Assembly (NCBI RefSeq): GCF_006345805.1
Contig: NC_043000.1
Location: 120,776,001 to 120,840,000, forward strand
Length of the DNA: 64,000 nt
Reading direction: 5' to 3'
From: Octopus sinensis
Lineage: Eukaryota
Of this stretch, positions 50,431-63,851 are shown in pieces. The translations under genes were made by a program, and so were the position numbers. The notes below the pieces were generated by a model. It saw only the letters and a list, made by a program, of their open reading frames with translations. It had not been told where the DNA came from and did no database searches. Numbering within the stretch: position 1 is the first letter of the stretch; each line of letters begins with the position of its first letter.

Positions 50431-51245
50431 CTTCGATGAAATAAGTACCATTTGAGCACATGGGCCCATGAAAGTTACTTACCCCTCCATCGAAATGGCC
50501 GGCCTCGTACTACAATGTGAAATCCCTACTTACTTATAATTAGGGCGACATGCTAATAGAACTGTTAGCATACCTCTATTGCTTAGCGGCATTTCGTCCG
50601 TCTTTACGTTCTCAGTTCAAATTCTATCGAGGTCGACTTTACCTTTCCCCCTTTGGGGCCGATAAAAGAAGTACCAGTTGAACTCTCTAGTGTCAATATA
50701 ATCGACTTGGCTCTTTCTGCGATCTTTCTGGCTTTGTTTCAAAATTTGAAACTGATATTACCAAAAGGGTTACTTCCTTCATGATGATTGGGCCGGCTAT
50801 CGAAATACCGAAACCCTCACTGCTGTCAAAATCCTGTGAACACTGTAAAGGCTGTAGTATGTGACATTGACAGCTGCATCGGATACTGCAAAGCCGTAGC
50901 CATGAGCAGGGGAAGCAATAATCGTTCTGATTGTATCTGCACGCAGGAAGCTATCTCTGCATCTTTCAGCAGGACCTTAAGCACGATTCAGTCAGCTACA
51001 TGACGCTACTGGAGTTTGTAGTGAATACATGGCTGGAGCTAATTCTTTTTGGAAGGCCATAATGTGTACCAACAATATTCAGTTTCTTGCCATACCCAAT
51101 TTTTGACCTCTCAGTTCTTCCGTTTGTAACCTCACAGTTTACGATGGGCAGTGTGCGGTTGAGAAAGCCCTCAGTCGCTCTCTTGCAAAACTTAGTCGAG
51201 CTGATCACATTTAGAAGTTACAAAATGTCACAAACATATTTTAAA

Positions 51246-51621
51246 CTAGCACTACGACCCGGCGTTGCTGGGTCATCGTGCTAGTGCATGCATATACAGC
51301 TGTATACGTGCGCACATACACGCAAGTACTGTCCAAATCTCCGACCAATCACATACAGCTAGCTGGCATTCAATTGGCGTATCAAGTTTCGGGCATTTTG
51401 ATTGGATTTTGGGTAGAAAATTCACAAGAAAGTCACTTCTATTGATCTTTTAATCGCTTTGCGGGGTGACTGGGGAAATATAAGGATGTGCACGACCACG
51501 CTTGGACGGTTTTGAATGACCATAGAAAGTGCGAGCCCTCTAACTGAAAAATTGTGGATTTGTATAAAGGAGACGCGCGCACACACACACAGACATTTTG
51601 CCGTTTATATATATAGAGAGA
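51246..51621 (-). mobile_element. Non-autonomous Helitron
   Basis: Minus strand A|TCTCTCTATATAT..CCCAGCAACGCCGGG..CTAG|T. Confidence 0.75.
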
Positions 51622-52098
51622 TAACCTGAAGTTCACAGATATGATGAAATCCAATTTTATAGATTATTATTATATATCACATATAAATCTAAATATATGT
51701 GTAACATATTAATCAGTAATAAATTCATGTCTTCATTTCATGTTGCATTATTGACATTATTTGTTTGATTTAGTCTACGTACAAAACTGTATATAGTTAT
51801 TGTAGGGCAACAACAACCTCATATTTCAATATAGATAACTGTAACCGGGATTTAATCATTGCTTATCAGGAATTTACAGTAAAGGCGTAGGTTTTGTAAT
51901 TTGTTTCGGAGACACGTTGATTCAGTCATTTTGGGCATCGACTTGTGCAACCGACCCCTACTATAGGTGTAGGCATGCTAACGTGTCATGAGTGAATCTA
52001 ATGGGGGTACTTATACTTAAGATGTTTCTATCTCCCTGATTAGTGATTCAACAAAATTATAAAAGAGCGACAAAATAAGTACTGCACTTAAATAATAG

Positions 52099-52441
52099 AC
52101 ACCTGAGACCCCCTTCGATCATGACTGACCGCGAGATTGCACCTAGAAAGTTACCCTCCCAGGCACAAGTCCGAGCAAGCTTGTTTATGGAAGAACAGCA
52201 GTCGCCCATACATACCAGCCTCCCCTCTCCAAGGCCACCGGTGTTATCCAAAGGAAAGGCAACAGCAGACACAGCTTGGCACCTGTGACGTCGCAGCTCA
52301 TTTCTACAGCTGAGTGAACTGGAGCAACGTGAAATAAAGTGTCTTGCTCAAGAACACAACACGCAGCCCGGTCTGGGATTCGAACTCACAACATCACGGT
52401 CGTAAGCTCGACGCTCTAACCACTGAGCCATGCGCCTTCAC
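52099..52441 (-). mobile_element. tRNA-derived SINE family D
   Basis: GGCTCAGTGGTTAGAGC A box, GTTCGAATCCC B box, GTGTTCTTGAGCAAGACACTTTA central motif. Confidence 0.75.
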
Positions 52442-54550
52442 TCAAAATAATCACTCATAATAGACTATAGTCGATTCAACTGACCAAAGCATTCAAGGCA
52501 GGATCGTTTTACGGCTGCAAGTCCAGGTTTAAATGTTCCAATGAAAGTCCCACTACACTTGTTTACGTTCAGAATTGAACAAACCTATACTCAATTGACA
52601 AAATCATATACCAACAAATAAAAACATGCAGATGTTATAGTATAGTTATTTTCGATGTGTGATATCACGCCAGCCAGGATCAAGCATACACAATTCTTAC
52701 ATAGTTTATCAACGCCAGACAGTGGTTTTTGTTATTGCTGTTGTTCTTAAGCGATTTAGCCCCAGAGGAAATCTAATTGGAGCAGCGTTTATGAGCAAAT
52801 GTATTTGAGGAGTAATCATACTACATTTGATATAGACTTGTGTATCTTGTTCTGTATTATATATAGATGTTTCATCCGTGACCATCTAGTCTTTTGTTCT
52901 AATCCATAGTGCATCTATGATTATATTCTCCGAACTATCCTTCCATTTTATTTAAGAGTATACAAATCTATTTGAAAGAGAAAAAATCTGCCATCTAATG
53001 GCAGATGAGAAAGCGACCACATGCTTTCGTCATTGTAGGTTTATCTAACGTAGTTCGAATTTGAACTGTGTTAGTCATGAATACATCTATGGTGCAATTG
53101 TATGTATGCCCTGCAGGCCAGTAGTTACTGTAGGACATTTCTGTAATCCGTCAAAAAGCTAGACATAGTTGAGTAACAACGAAGAAACATCTAGTTCTTT
53201 CTTCAATATAGAAATAGCAACTAAATGTCCTAAAATGAATCATAACCACATTGGAAGGGAGGGACGCTTTCAATAACATACTCATTAATTGAACATTGTA
53301 ACTAAGCTAATAATTGTATATTTTACGGATTCTCATCTCACTGCACCATAGTATTGTAATCTAATACGGACATCTTATTCTGAGTAAGGTAAGTGTTAAG
53401 TGTATCGTCATTGGATATCGAACAATACAGAAACGCGAGTGCTCCCTTTCATCTGGATGTTCCAAACACTATTGATTTGATTATCGACATGTAGTAAGCA
53501 ATTTTTACTATATATAGTAATATAAGAGGACCAGTTGGTTATGATTTTATTGACCCTATTCCCCTATTCCCACATATTGCAGCGGTCCTTCAGTTATTCT
53601 AAGCCCTGTAAAAGAACTTGGAAGTTTGGATCTCTAATCAAGCCTTTCGCGATACCCTTAAAGCCAGGAAATTTTCAGCACCCTCTCGCATGTCGGGGTA
53701 TATTTCAATATTTGGTGGCTTAAATACATTAAACGAGAATTTAATCGTCTCCTGTAACGGATGCCAGTCTATCACAATAAATATTAACATGTGATATTCT
53801 ATGTACCAGCGACAGTGAATTTACTGAGAAATATGTGAAATCTGGAGCTCTTCATTGAAATTCTTTGAAACACATGTAGTGGATTTGTATTCATGACCAT
53901 TCAGAACAGAATCTATTGATTTATCAACTCGGCAATTTCATTTCTCTGCCATAATACGACGGTCTGACGTTATTAAAACACGGGGAAATCAATAGATTTT
54001 AAAATTATTACAAACATTTTCTTCTAATGTTGGGGAATAATTGTTTTTTAGCTTGAATTTGTTAAACGACAAGAAATATATCATAGATTCACTGCATCAA
54101 AGAAAAATTATTAAATTGTCGGTTGGCTGCTACTGAAGATTCTGAGTTTCTTTCCATCAAAACAAGAAATACTTCAAAAGTTGGAAATCACTTCGTTTTC
54201 CTTCTAATCTAATACATTTACGTTATAGTTCTGAAAGACCTGTCTGTTTTATCTATCTAGCTACTTATATATAATCTAAAATGAAGAACATTATTTAAAT
54301 CTTCTAACAGCTTATAATATATTATAGAAAAAGAGAGTGGAAAAAACTATAAGAAAAACTCTAGTCCAAAAAATAGAGATTCGTCTTAAATTCATATAAT
54401 ATTTTGGGAAGACGCCAATCTAGGAGACATTATTTCCTCGTTCTAAATGTATTGGAATGCATAGATTCATATACCCATAGTGTTATAACAAGTTGACTGA
54501 ACAACAATGTTAATAAACATATACCAGTCATATAATCGTATTACGAAAAA

Positions 54551-54765
54551 AGGTGGCGGGCTGGCAGAAACGTTAGCACGCCGGGCGAAATGCTTAGCAG
54601 TATTTCGTCTGCCGTTGCGTTCTGAGTTCAAATCCGCCGAGGTCGTCTTTGCCTTTCATCCTTTCGGGGTCGATTAATAAGTACCAGTTATGCACTGGGG
54701 TCGATTGTCGCTCCTTGTTTGTCCCTTCTGTGTGTAGCCCCTTGTGGGCAGTAAAGAATTAGGTA
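54551..54765 (+). mobile_element. SINE family A
   Basis: Monomer with a small internal deletion. Confidence 0.85.
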
Positions 54766-56611
54766 TTACGAAAAGTAAAATCTCTGCTTTAATCTAAAAT
54801 AAATATTGAGCCCTGAAGTTTAAGTCATAAGCATGTAGCAAGACAATTCTAGTGGGTTAAATTTAATTGACAATCAATGGTAAGTCATTTAGTTATTCTG
54901 CTAATTACATTACAGAAACTGTAGGAATATTACATAGCTTTAGATATAGTTGTGTAAATAGATAGAGTTTTGTCTAGGTAAAGCACTCATTTTACTCCGT
55001 TAGCTTTCTTCTGTATTTTGGAGAAACGCAGGAGAAACTAAACATTTATATAATCATTCCAGAGAATCTCTTGAAATTTTAAATAAATAGCGATTTATCC
55101 TAGATATAAACAAAGCACTCTCGCATTTAGTTTACTTCTGACGTTTTTCAAATACTTTTAAGAATAACTCTATTATTAATCTCCACGCGCATTTCATAAA
55201 TATTTTTTTAACCCTTTTTTCCTCTTTGAGGATTAATTTTCGTTCGATGTTAGAGAATTATACCTTACTGTAAATATATATTTTTAAAATTGAAAATGCA
55301 ATATAAATGAATACGCATATAGCAGAGGATAAAAATAAATATTTTTCGAATATAGCAACTAATAATATTTTGCAGCATTTGAATCTCGTAAAACAACATT
55401 TACTGCTTTCAAATATAGCAAATTAAATATTTGATGTTACCAAATATTTGAATAGAATACTTCGGTAAAATAGTGATTATCCTTTTAATAGAAACAAAAG
55501 AAAGTCAGGAATTATTATTTCTATTTAAAATTAGTCATGTTGTGCATGAGTACGTGGGCGGGTATATAAAATTAAATAGATCTGATTATCCATCTGATAC
55601 TTTTGTTAATGAAACAAAGAAGAATGAAAATACAAGCTGATGTCAGTGGAATCTAATATACCATAAATTGTAATATATGCTACTTCTGTACTGCATTATT
55701 TCATTCGGTTCTTCACATTTCTATAATCATGGAATTTATGCTTCGTTCAAACAAATATCCAAGACATTATGTTCTCATTTCATTTCTCACTATTTTCGTT
55801 GGAGTTACTGCATGTCCAAAATGTACAAACGATTGCGCAATTAACAAACGCCTTACTCTCCATGATTAACTTCTGAGCTGAAAATTCACAAGAGCTTACT
55901 GACCATTTCCTCCAAGGAGTACAAGACAGTACAATAATATCAGACATTAAATCAGTTATATATCTTTCCAAATACCTTAGATATCACAATTATTTTGTAA
56001 TTGTTCTTTCGACGTTGTGTTGCTGGATCGGACAGTCCTACTAGTAAAAGAATTCCAGTCGTAAACAACCAAAAATAATCTAACGTTATCTGAGGTAAAT
56101 TTGATCGCTTATTCTAGCAACTAAAGCATCTACATATAGGCGCCTTTGTTGACTAGACGAGTGGTTTGGCAGAACAATAAGATCATTAAAAGTAAGATCG
56201 GACAGTGCTACTATTAAAGGAATTCCAGTCTTAAACAACCAGTTTTTCGGATGTCATGGTCTCCGTTATCTTTAATTCAAAATAATCTAACGTTATCTGA
56301 GGTAAATTTGATCGCTTATTCTAGCAACTAAAGCGGCTACATAGAGGTGCTTTTGTTGACTAGACGACTGGTTTAGCAGAACGATAAGATCGTGAACATA
56401 GTTTTGTGCACAGCAAATCTCGTAAGAATTTATCGACTTTCAAATGTGGAGCGTCGAACTAATGAGTCTCTGTGCGACCGTTCGGTACGCCAGAAATAAT
56501 AGAACAAATTTCACCCAAATTACATTGAAATATTTCTGAGAATTATGAACTCATTTTATTATGCTGAACAAGATACACTAGGTCTATATTAAATGTAGAA
56601 TGATCACTCTT

Positions 56612-57003
56612 TTACACTCTTTTACTTGTTTCAGTCATTTGAATGCGGACATGCTGGAGCACTGCCTTTAGTCGAGCAAATCGACCCCAGGACTTATTCG
56701 TTGGAAGCTTAGTACTTATTCTATCGGTCACTTTTGCTGAACCGGTAAGTTACGGGACTTAAACACACCAGCATCGGTTGTCACGCGATGTTGGGGGGAC
56801 AAAAACAGACACACAAACACACATATGTATACATATATACGACGGGCTTCTTTCAGTTTCCGTCTACCAAATCCACTCACAAGGCTTTGGTCGGCCCGAG
56901 GCTATAGTAGAAGACACTTGGACAAGGTGCCACGCAGTGGGACTGAACTCGGAACCATGTGGTTGGTAAGCAATTTACTTACCACACAGCCACCCCTGCG
57001 CCT
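56612..57003 (-). mobile_element. SINE family B
   Basis: Near full length. Confidence 0.85.
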
Positions 57004-57409
57004 ATACTTACCACACAACCACTCCTCAAATACATTTACTCATAAACGCTACTCCAATTAGATTTCCTCTGGGGCTAATCGCTTAAGAACAACAGCAATA
57101 ACAAAAACCAATGTCTGGCGTTGATCAACTACGTAAGAATTGCATATGAATTATAGCTCTAAACAGTACGAGTTGATCTGGCATTAAATAGCAATAACAT
57201 AATCAGCAACTATGGTCCATGGTTTACAAAACATGGTTGTTGAGTCATGTATTGTAACTGACGCGATCAGCTAAACAAAACTACAAGTTGGTGCCGAAAA
57301 TATAAATATTTATTAGCGATAAAGAATGAATTATATTTATCGTCTATGAATATTCTCCACTTTATAAATTATTATTTAATAGCGTTGTTGAATTCTTTTT
57401 TTATTGCAG

Positions 57410-57447
57410 AAACCTTGAAAAGGATCTACTCGTCAATAATTTATGAG
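57410..57447 (+). CDS. Candidate 38-nt exon (xTLKRIYSSIIYE)
   Basis: TTCTTTTTTTATTGCAG acceptor, GAG|GTAATT donor, open frame phase 1 to 0; no homology recognised. Confidence 0.25.
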
Positions 57448-57628
57448 GTAATTCAAACATTTTAAAATCTTCTAGATTTGTGTTGGAATCTCGCTTATTG
57501 TTCTCAGTAATCTTTGGCAGAAATACACACAAACACACCCACATACACACACGCAGGCACACTCGCATATATGTATACACATACACATACATACACACAC
57601 ACATACCCACACACACACACACACACAC

Positions 57629-57693
<65 letters not shown>

Positions 57694-59540
57694 TACAACA
57701 ATGTCCTACAGCAAGGCAAAGGTTATAGCTGAAGGAATATGGCATGCTAACTGGAAGTGGATAATATATTTCCCCGCTGTACTTACTAATCAAATAGCTG
57801 GTTGCAGAGGATAAAGATTCATCGGTCATCGGAGAGGTTCGTGGTTCGTACTCTGCAGTGGATTATTGGTAAAGCTATTTGTCCAAATAGCTCTATAAAT
57901 AAGTATTAGTTATACTTAAAATGCCCTTAAAATAGATATCTGGTCTTAAACTCAAGTGAGTCTCGTATGGATCTATGTCTAACATACAGAATCGAAGTCG
58001 GAAAAATAGCTTAATAATCACAAATGGCATATAATATGCAGATATAAATTCTCAAGTGTGCTTACCTTTTGGTGAAACCGGCTGCAAGATGTTGAATCTT
58101 TTAAAACACATCAAAATCAACGAGGACTAGTCCGTGCAGTCCCCTGAGCCGATGGTGCTAACAGTCAAATCTTCATTTAATAAAACTGTTGTCTGACAAA
58201 GAGAGGAACGTACTTGTAAACGTGTTTCTTGAAGCACTGTGAGTGGAAAAATTTGGAAATGGTTACTGATAGTATGCGGTTCATCTCAGACCTGCTCGAT
58301 CTGACCGGGCATTGACTTAGCCATTGTTAACAATTCAAAATACGGTGTAAGATGACAGTATCTCTACGTATTGTAGTGTATAACATTGGCGACGGTAGAG
58401 CCACTGTAAAGTATGAGAACTATACGATTACATGTTCGTCTAGTCAAACATTTCCGAGATATTTTATACAATTACTAAAAAATAGTCGGTAAGAAAGTGA
58501 CTCAATATGCAAGACGATTTTCTAGTTCTGTTGCCGTAAAAGTATATATGTATCTTCAAACAGCAATCGTATGCGTATCTTACAATTATTTTGGTAAACA
58601 CCGGCTAGAATGTCCCAGATGGACATGTGTGTAGACAACAAGAAAGTCGTCCATCTAAGCTCCCAATTTTAACAAAAGAGACGTTATTGTTATTGTAGAT
58701 TACATTTGTCTTTAATTCTATTGCGGATTTATATGGTTATTTCTGTCTAAGTAAGCTTCGGTATATTCGGTAATCTGCTGATGGGAGATTACAGGCAACA
58801 AAATTAGTTTCATAAGATTCAAGAACTACATTAAAAATTAGTTCCAATAATAACAAATCTTAGAACATAGAGAGAAGGTTTAATATAGTGAATATAATGA
58901 ACTACCAAACTCTCAAACTCTGCGCTTCTAAGGAATGACGAATTGTCGTAGCTTCCAGAATATAGAGAAAACCGTAAAATTATCTGGTGTATTTTAGTAA
59001 GCTCAGAGAAAATTCAATTTGTGTTTCTGATGGAAGCTATCATTATTTAAAGCGTAAGAATATGAACATCATTAATAAGTTTTGCGATAAAAAGAATTTT
59101 GACGTATTCAGAAAATTGTGCTTCGGTATACACGTATATAAAATTATTAAAATTATTTAAATTAATATTGTAACGTATTTAGGCAGTTCTCTATAGACTT
59201 TGTTTTAATAATTATAGTTAATCAAAGCCGGGTGGATTAGTTTTTTTTTTTTTGAAATTACCTACGTGAGTTGTAGAATATTGTTGTCTGGGAGATATCT
59301 TATGGTAGTAGAATAGTATTTTAACTGCTATTTCTAAATTTCGGTATGTGGTGAAGCAAATTTTGCTGAACCGTAATTATAACTGTGCTCATAATTATAG
59401 AATTTTTGTATAAGTTTACCGATAATGGTTCTTTTAACATACCGAACTACTTGATAAAACTATTAATTATTAATTGCGTAATTAATTTTACCCTTTAATA
59501 TTATTGATAACATAATTCACTCCCTGATAGTAAACTGCAG

Positions 59541-59652
59541 TTTCTGCGGAATTACTCGTGGCAGACGTGGCTGATAGAGGAAGATCTATTCGTCTGTTTG
59601 AATTCGGAAGTACTGGTTTTTGGAAATATGCTATTCGGTGGTGCTTGGTCGG
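59541..59652 (+). CDS. Candidate 112-nt exon (FLRNYSWQTWLIEEDLFVCLNSEVLVFGNMLFGGAWS)
   Basis: Open frame in a locally GC-richer island, CGG|GTACGT donor; acceptor AAACTGCAG has a weak pyrimidine tract. Confidence 0.3.
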
Positions 59653-59821
59653 GTACGTATTTTAATTATCATTGCTCTCAAATTTAAAACTTGAAGTACT
59701 AAACTGAGGAAGGGAATAAGTGATTAGAAATATGATTTTACATCTTTTTACATATCTTTAACCCCGAAACGCGTATATAGTTAATCAAAGCCGGGTGATA
59801 TATATATATATATATATATAT

Positions 59822-60030
59822 ATAGGGAAAGTTTACGAAAAAAAAGCAAAAGACGAAGACAGGAGGTGTACAAAACCAACAGATGTATTAGTATAACACT
59901 CAGGAAGAGAAAAAGTCTTTTACGTTTCGAGCCTACGCTCTTCTACGGAAAGGGACACAGAAAAAAAAACAAGGAGAGAAGGAAGGAGAGTAAAAAATGT
60001 GTGTAGTGGCTAACGGTCTGTCATGGCGAC
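59822..60030 (-). mobile_element. Solo Neptune-type pLTR with degenerate hammerhead
   Basis: Reverse-complement homologue of ~10075-10268. Confidence 0.75.
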
Positions 60031-60042
60031 ATATATATATAT

Positions 60043-61117
60043 ATTGTTGCATTTCGGGTTGGTCATATTTTCATTAAAAAAAACATTTTTGCCAAATAAA
60101 CACACGTACTATATATTTTTTCCTTACTTGTTTGTTACAGTTCTTATTTATTATCTTAACTCATGTCCATTTTATGGAAATTTTTTGTCACCCATCTATG
60201 ACCTCTTCAGCGACACTTTTCTTTTTCGTGTGTGTTCTTGCTCCACTTACCCTTTTTTGTTTTTCTGAGGTGTATATCCTTATGGGCGCATGCGTTTGTC
60301 TTCTTGTTTGTGCGCACGTGTATGTGTGTGTGTGCGCGCGTGTGTGTGTATGTGTGTCTGCATGCTTGTATGTGTGTCATAATTTTTATCAGCAGTGTGG
60401 CCTTCACTTCAGCAGCCCCATCCTCTCACCCCACTGTGTTGTTGCTGTCTTAAGACCCGAAAAATATGGTACAGCTCCTGTATTCTTCTGTGTAGGTGTG
60501 TTCGCCCAAGGTGTTGTCATCGTGGTAGTGGTAGTAGTAGTAGTAGTTGTTGTTGTTGTCATCGTCATCACCGCCGCTGGTGCTGTTGTTGTTAATGATA
60601 CATATAAAAGCATACACACACATACTAATACGCGCGCGCACACACACAAATACTCACAAACGAGGACAGAAACGCATGCGCATATAAGGATACACACCAT
60701 AGATAAACAGAATGCAGTAAGAAGAAGGTGGCGAGCTGGCAGAAACGTTAGCACGCTGGGCGAAATGATTCGCGGTATTTCGTCTGCCGTTACGTTCTAA
60801 GTTCAAATTCCGCCGAGGTCGACTTTGCCTTTCATACTTGCGGGATCGATAAATTAAGTACCAGTCACGCACTGGGGTCGATGTAATCGACTTAACCTCT
60901 TTGTCTGTCCTTGTTTGTCTCCTTTATATTTAGCTCCTTGAGGGCAATAAAGAAATAAGAATGGAGTAAGCAGAGCAAGAACAAACACGAAAACGAAAAG
61001 TGTCGCGGAAGAGGTCACAGATATGTGACGAAAGATTTCCATACAATGGACATCAGTTAAAATAAGAACAGTAATAAATGAGTGAAGAACGAATATTTAG
61101 TGCGTGTGTTTATTTGG
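60043..61117. mobile_element. Inverted pLTR pair related to the 11080-14389 element
   Basis: 60092-60250 vs 60964-61117 inverted; 60043-60110 resembles 11134-11190; GAAGA G GTCA(C)..(G)TGAC hammerhead-like motif in both arms. Confidence 0.7.
60727..60960 (+). mobile_element. SINE family A inside the pLTR spacer
   Basis: Full monomer. Confidence 0.85.
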
Positions 61118-61503
61118 TAAGTAGATTGCTTACCAACCACATGGTTCCTGGTGCAGTCCCATTACGTGGCATTTTGGGCAGGTGTCTTCTACTATAGCCT
61201 CGGGCAGACCAAAGCCTTGTGAGTGGATTTGGTAGACGGAAACTGAAAGAAGCCCGTCGTATATATGTATATATATTTATGTATGCGTGTGCATATGTTT
61301 GTGTGACTGTGTTTGTCCCCCCAACATCTCTTGACAACCGATTTTGGTGTGTTTACGTCCTCGTAACTTAGCGGTTCGGTGAAAGAACCGATAGAATAAG
61401 TACTAGGCTTCCGAAGAATAAGTCCTGGGGTAGATTTGCTCGGACGAAAGACGGTGCTCCAGCATGGCCGCAGTCAAGTAAGTAAAACAAGTAAAAGAGT
61501 AAA
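61116..61503 (+). mobile_element. SINE family B, head clipped
   Basis: Begins at GGTAAG, overlapping the end of the pLTR arm. Confidence 0.85.
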
Positions 61504-61940
61504 AGGATATATATATACATATATATATTACGTATGTGTGTTTTATATATGAACATATTTTTGGAGAGAGAGAGTGAGAGAGAGAAAGAGAGAGATAGAA
61601 AGACAGACAGACAGACAAACAGAAAAAGCGAGAGAAAAAGAGAAGAATATAGAAATAAGTTCGGATGCAAATACATTCGAATGTCTATATTCTTATGAGT
61701 GCATTACAGTTGTGTCAACCAAATGACTTACAAAATCATAAGAGGTCATATGCAACAAATTATGTATTTATTTTTTTTATCCGCCATCGCATATCTATTT
61801 TTCCATCGTTCGTTTCAAGAAAAAGTTTGAGAAATATATGTCGTACTCTATGCTACTTACATTTATGAATGTTTAACTTACAGCATTTAGTATATATCAT
61901 TATTAACCCCTTTACTATGGAAATCAGTTTTATATACCAA

Positions 61941-62331
61941 CTAGCAGTATCACCCGGCGTTGCTCGGGTTTGTTTCGACACTTTAGAATTGGAATTTTTG
62001 AAATGTAAAAGTTTTGCATTATGTAGCTTGTTATTCTATTTAAGTGAACATTTTTCTGGTTGAAATACACTGAAAAATGGCGACAAAGCCGTCAAAATAT
62101 CGTAAAGAGTAGGGATTTTCATAGAAAATAAAGCACCTTTTTGATGTAAATAATTTTTGGTGTTAACATGGTTCGATTTGAATCTTTTCTCCTACGGAAG
62201 GAAGAGCAAGCCTTCTTCTATCATACTCTCAATTTTGGTCAACTTGCGCCGCCGGGTCTCGGAGGAGATAGTGTTAGTTGAAGGCTACCAAACCTGCCAT
62301 ACACAGACAACTTCAGCTTTATATATATAGA
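61941..62331 (-). mobile_element. Non-autonomous Helitron
   Basis: A|TCTATATAT..CCCGAGCAACGCCGGG..CTAG|T. Confidence 0.85.
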
Positions 62332-62501
62332 TTTATCTTTTGTCGAGGAATGTCATACATTCTGTTGAGATATGTCAAATTTATTGAGGCAACGTGACTT
62401 GCAGAAAATACCAATTTTATTATTTGGTAAATGTTTAACATCATTACTGGAATAACCAGCAAATAACCTTTCGCAGTGAAAAGGGTAACCCATTAATAGC
62501 T

Positions 62502-62845
62502 AGTGGCTGTGTGGTAAGTAGCTTGCTTACCAACCACATGATTCCGGGTTCAGTCCCACTGCGTCGCACCTTGGGCAAGTGTTTTCTACTATAGCCTCGG
62601 ACCGACCAAAGCCTTGTGAGTGGATTTGGTAGACGGGAATGTATATATGTTTGTGTGTCTATCTTTTACCCTCCAACATCGCTTGACAACCGATGCTGGT
62701 GTGTTTACGTTCCCGTAACTTAGCGGTTCGGCAAAAGAGCCCGATAGAATAAGTACTAGGCTTCCAAAAAATAAGTCCTGGGGTCGATTTGCTCGACTAA
62801 AGACGGTGCTCCAGCATGGCCGCACTCAAATGACTGAAACAAGTC
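62502..62845 (+). mobile_element. SINE family B
   Basis: Head to tail; tail abuts the Helitron. Confidence 0.85.
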
Positions 62846-62846
62846 A

Positions 62847-63244
62847 TTTTATATATATATATATAAAGCTGAAGTTGTCTGTGTATGGCAGGTTTGGTAG
62901 CCTTCAACTAACACTATCTCTTCCGAGACTCGGCGGTGCAAGTTGACCAAAATTGAAAGTATGATAGAAGAAGGCTTTCTATTCATTCCGTAGGAGAAAA
63001 AGTTCAAATCGAACCATGTTAATACCAAAAAGTATTTACATCAAAAAGGTGCTTTTTTTCTATGAAAATCCCTATTCTTTACGATATTTTGACTGCTGGG
63101 TCACCATTTTTAGGTGTATTTCAACCAGAAAAATTTTCACTTAAAGAGAATAACAAGCTACATAATGCAAAAATTTTTACTTTTCAAAAATTCCAACCCT
63201 AAAGGGTCGAAACAAACCCGAGTAACGCTGGGCGATACTGCTAG
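62847..63244 (+). mobile_element. Non-autonomous Helitron, same family as 61941-62331
   Basis: Alignable along the whole length in inverted orientation; ends in a hairpin and CTAG|T. Confidence 0.85.
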
Positions 63245-63778
63245 TTAATGCTACAATTATAATGATAGGGAATGAATGAGTAATAATTTACTAAGATCCC
63301 TCGAGATTCAAAGGTCAATATCTATAATATCAATATATATAACATAGGTTACGGCATCACATACAATAGTAGTAAAAGTTACAGTACAAATTCATACCAA
63401 TAAGAATCGTAGTTGAATCTCATTGCATGCCTCTATACATATTGATCAAGGGATGAAAAGTAAACTTCTTTTGACAGAGATATTTTTGCTTCAAAATATG
63501 AAGGCGCTGTTAAATACGAAATCTGATATTTAATACGTTCCGGAAGAAGTGTTTCTAAAAAGGAAAAGAAACAGAATATTCTAGGAAAAAATATGGCAAA
63601 TGGCTAATAAATAAAATACTCAATACTTTCTCTGCAAACCTGCTATCCAAGTCTATACTCTTTTTTTTTTGTTTTTTTTTAAAATATTTCCACTGCTTTT
63701 AAATAAACCATATTACTGTACCTCCTGTATTTGAGTACTCTTTTTTTCCATGTTGTTTCACATTTATGTGCTTACTCC

Positions 63779-63851
<73 letters not shown>

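Noticed and set aside
50770-51240. GC-richer island with several short ORFs
   Set aside because: No consistent frame, splice signals or recognisable domain; probably an ancient TE remnant.
52370-52441. tRNA-like head as a true tRNA gene
   Set aside because: The acceptor stem does not close, the anticodon loop is irregular, and it continues into a SINE body. The same applies to the family A-C heads.
58066-58403. Minus-strand exon with strong AAG|GTAAGC donor and TTTACAG acceptor
   Set aside because: All three frames contain stops; only a 15-codon MCFKRFNILQPVSPK start is possible. It could be a UTR or non-coding exon but is unsupported.
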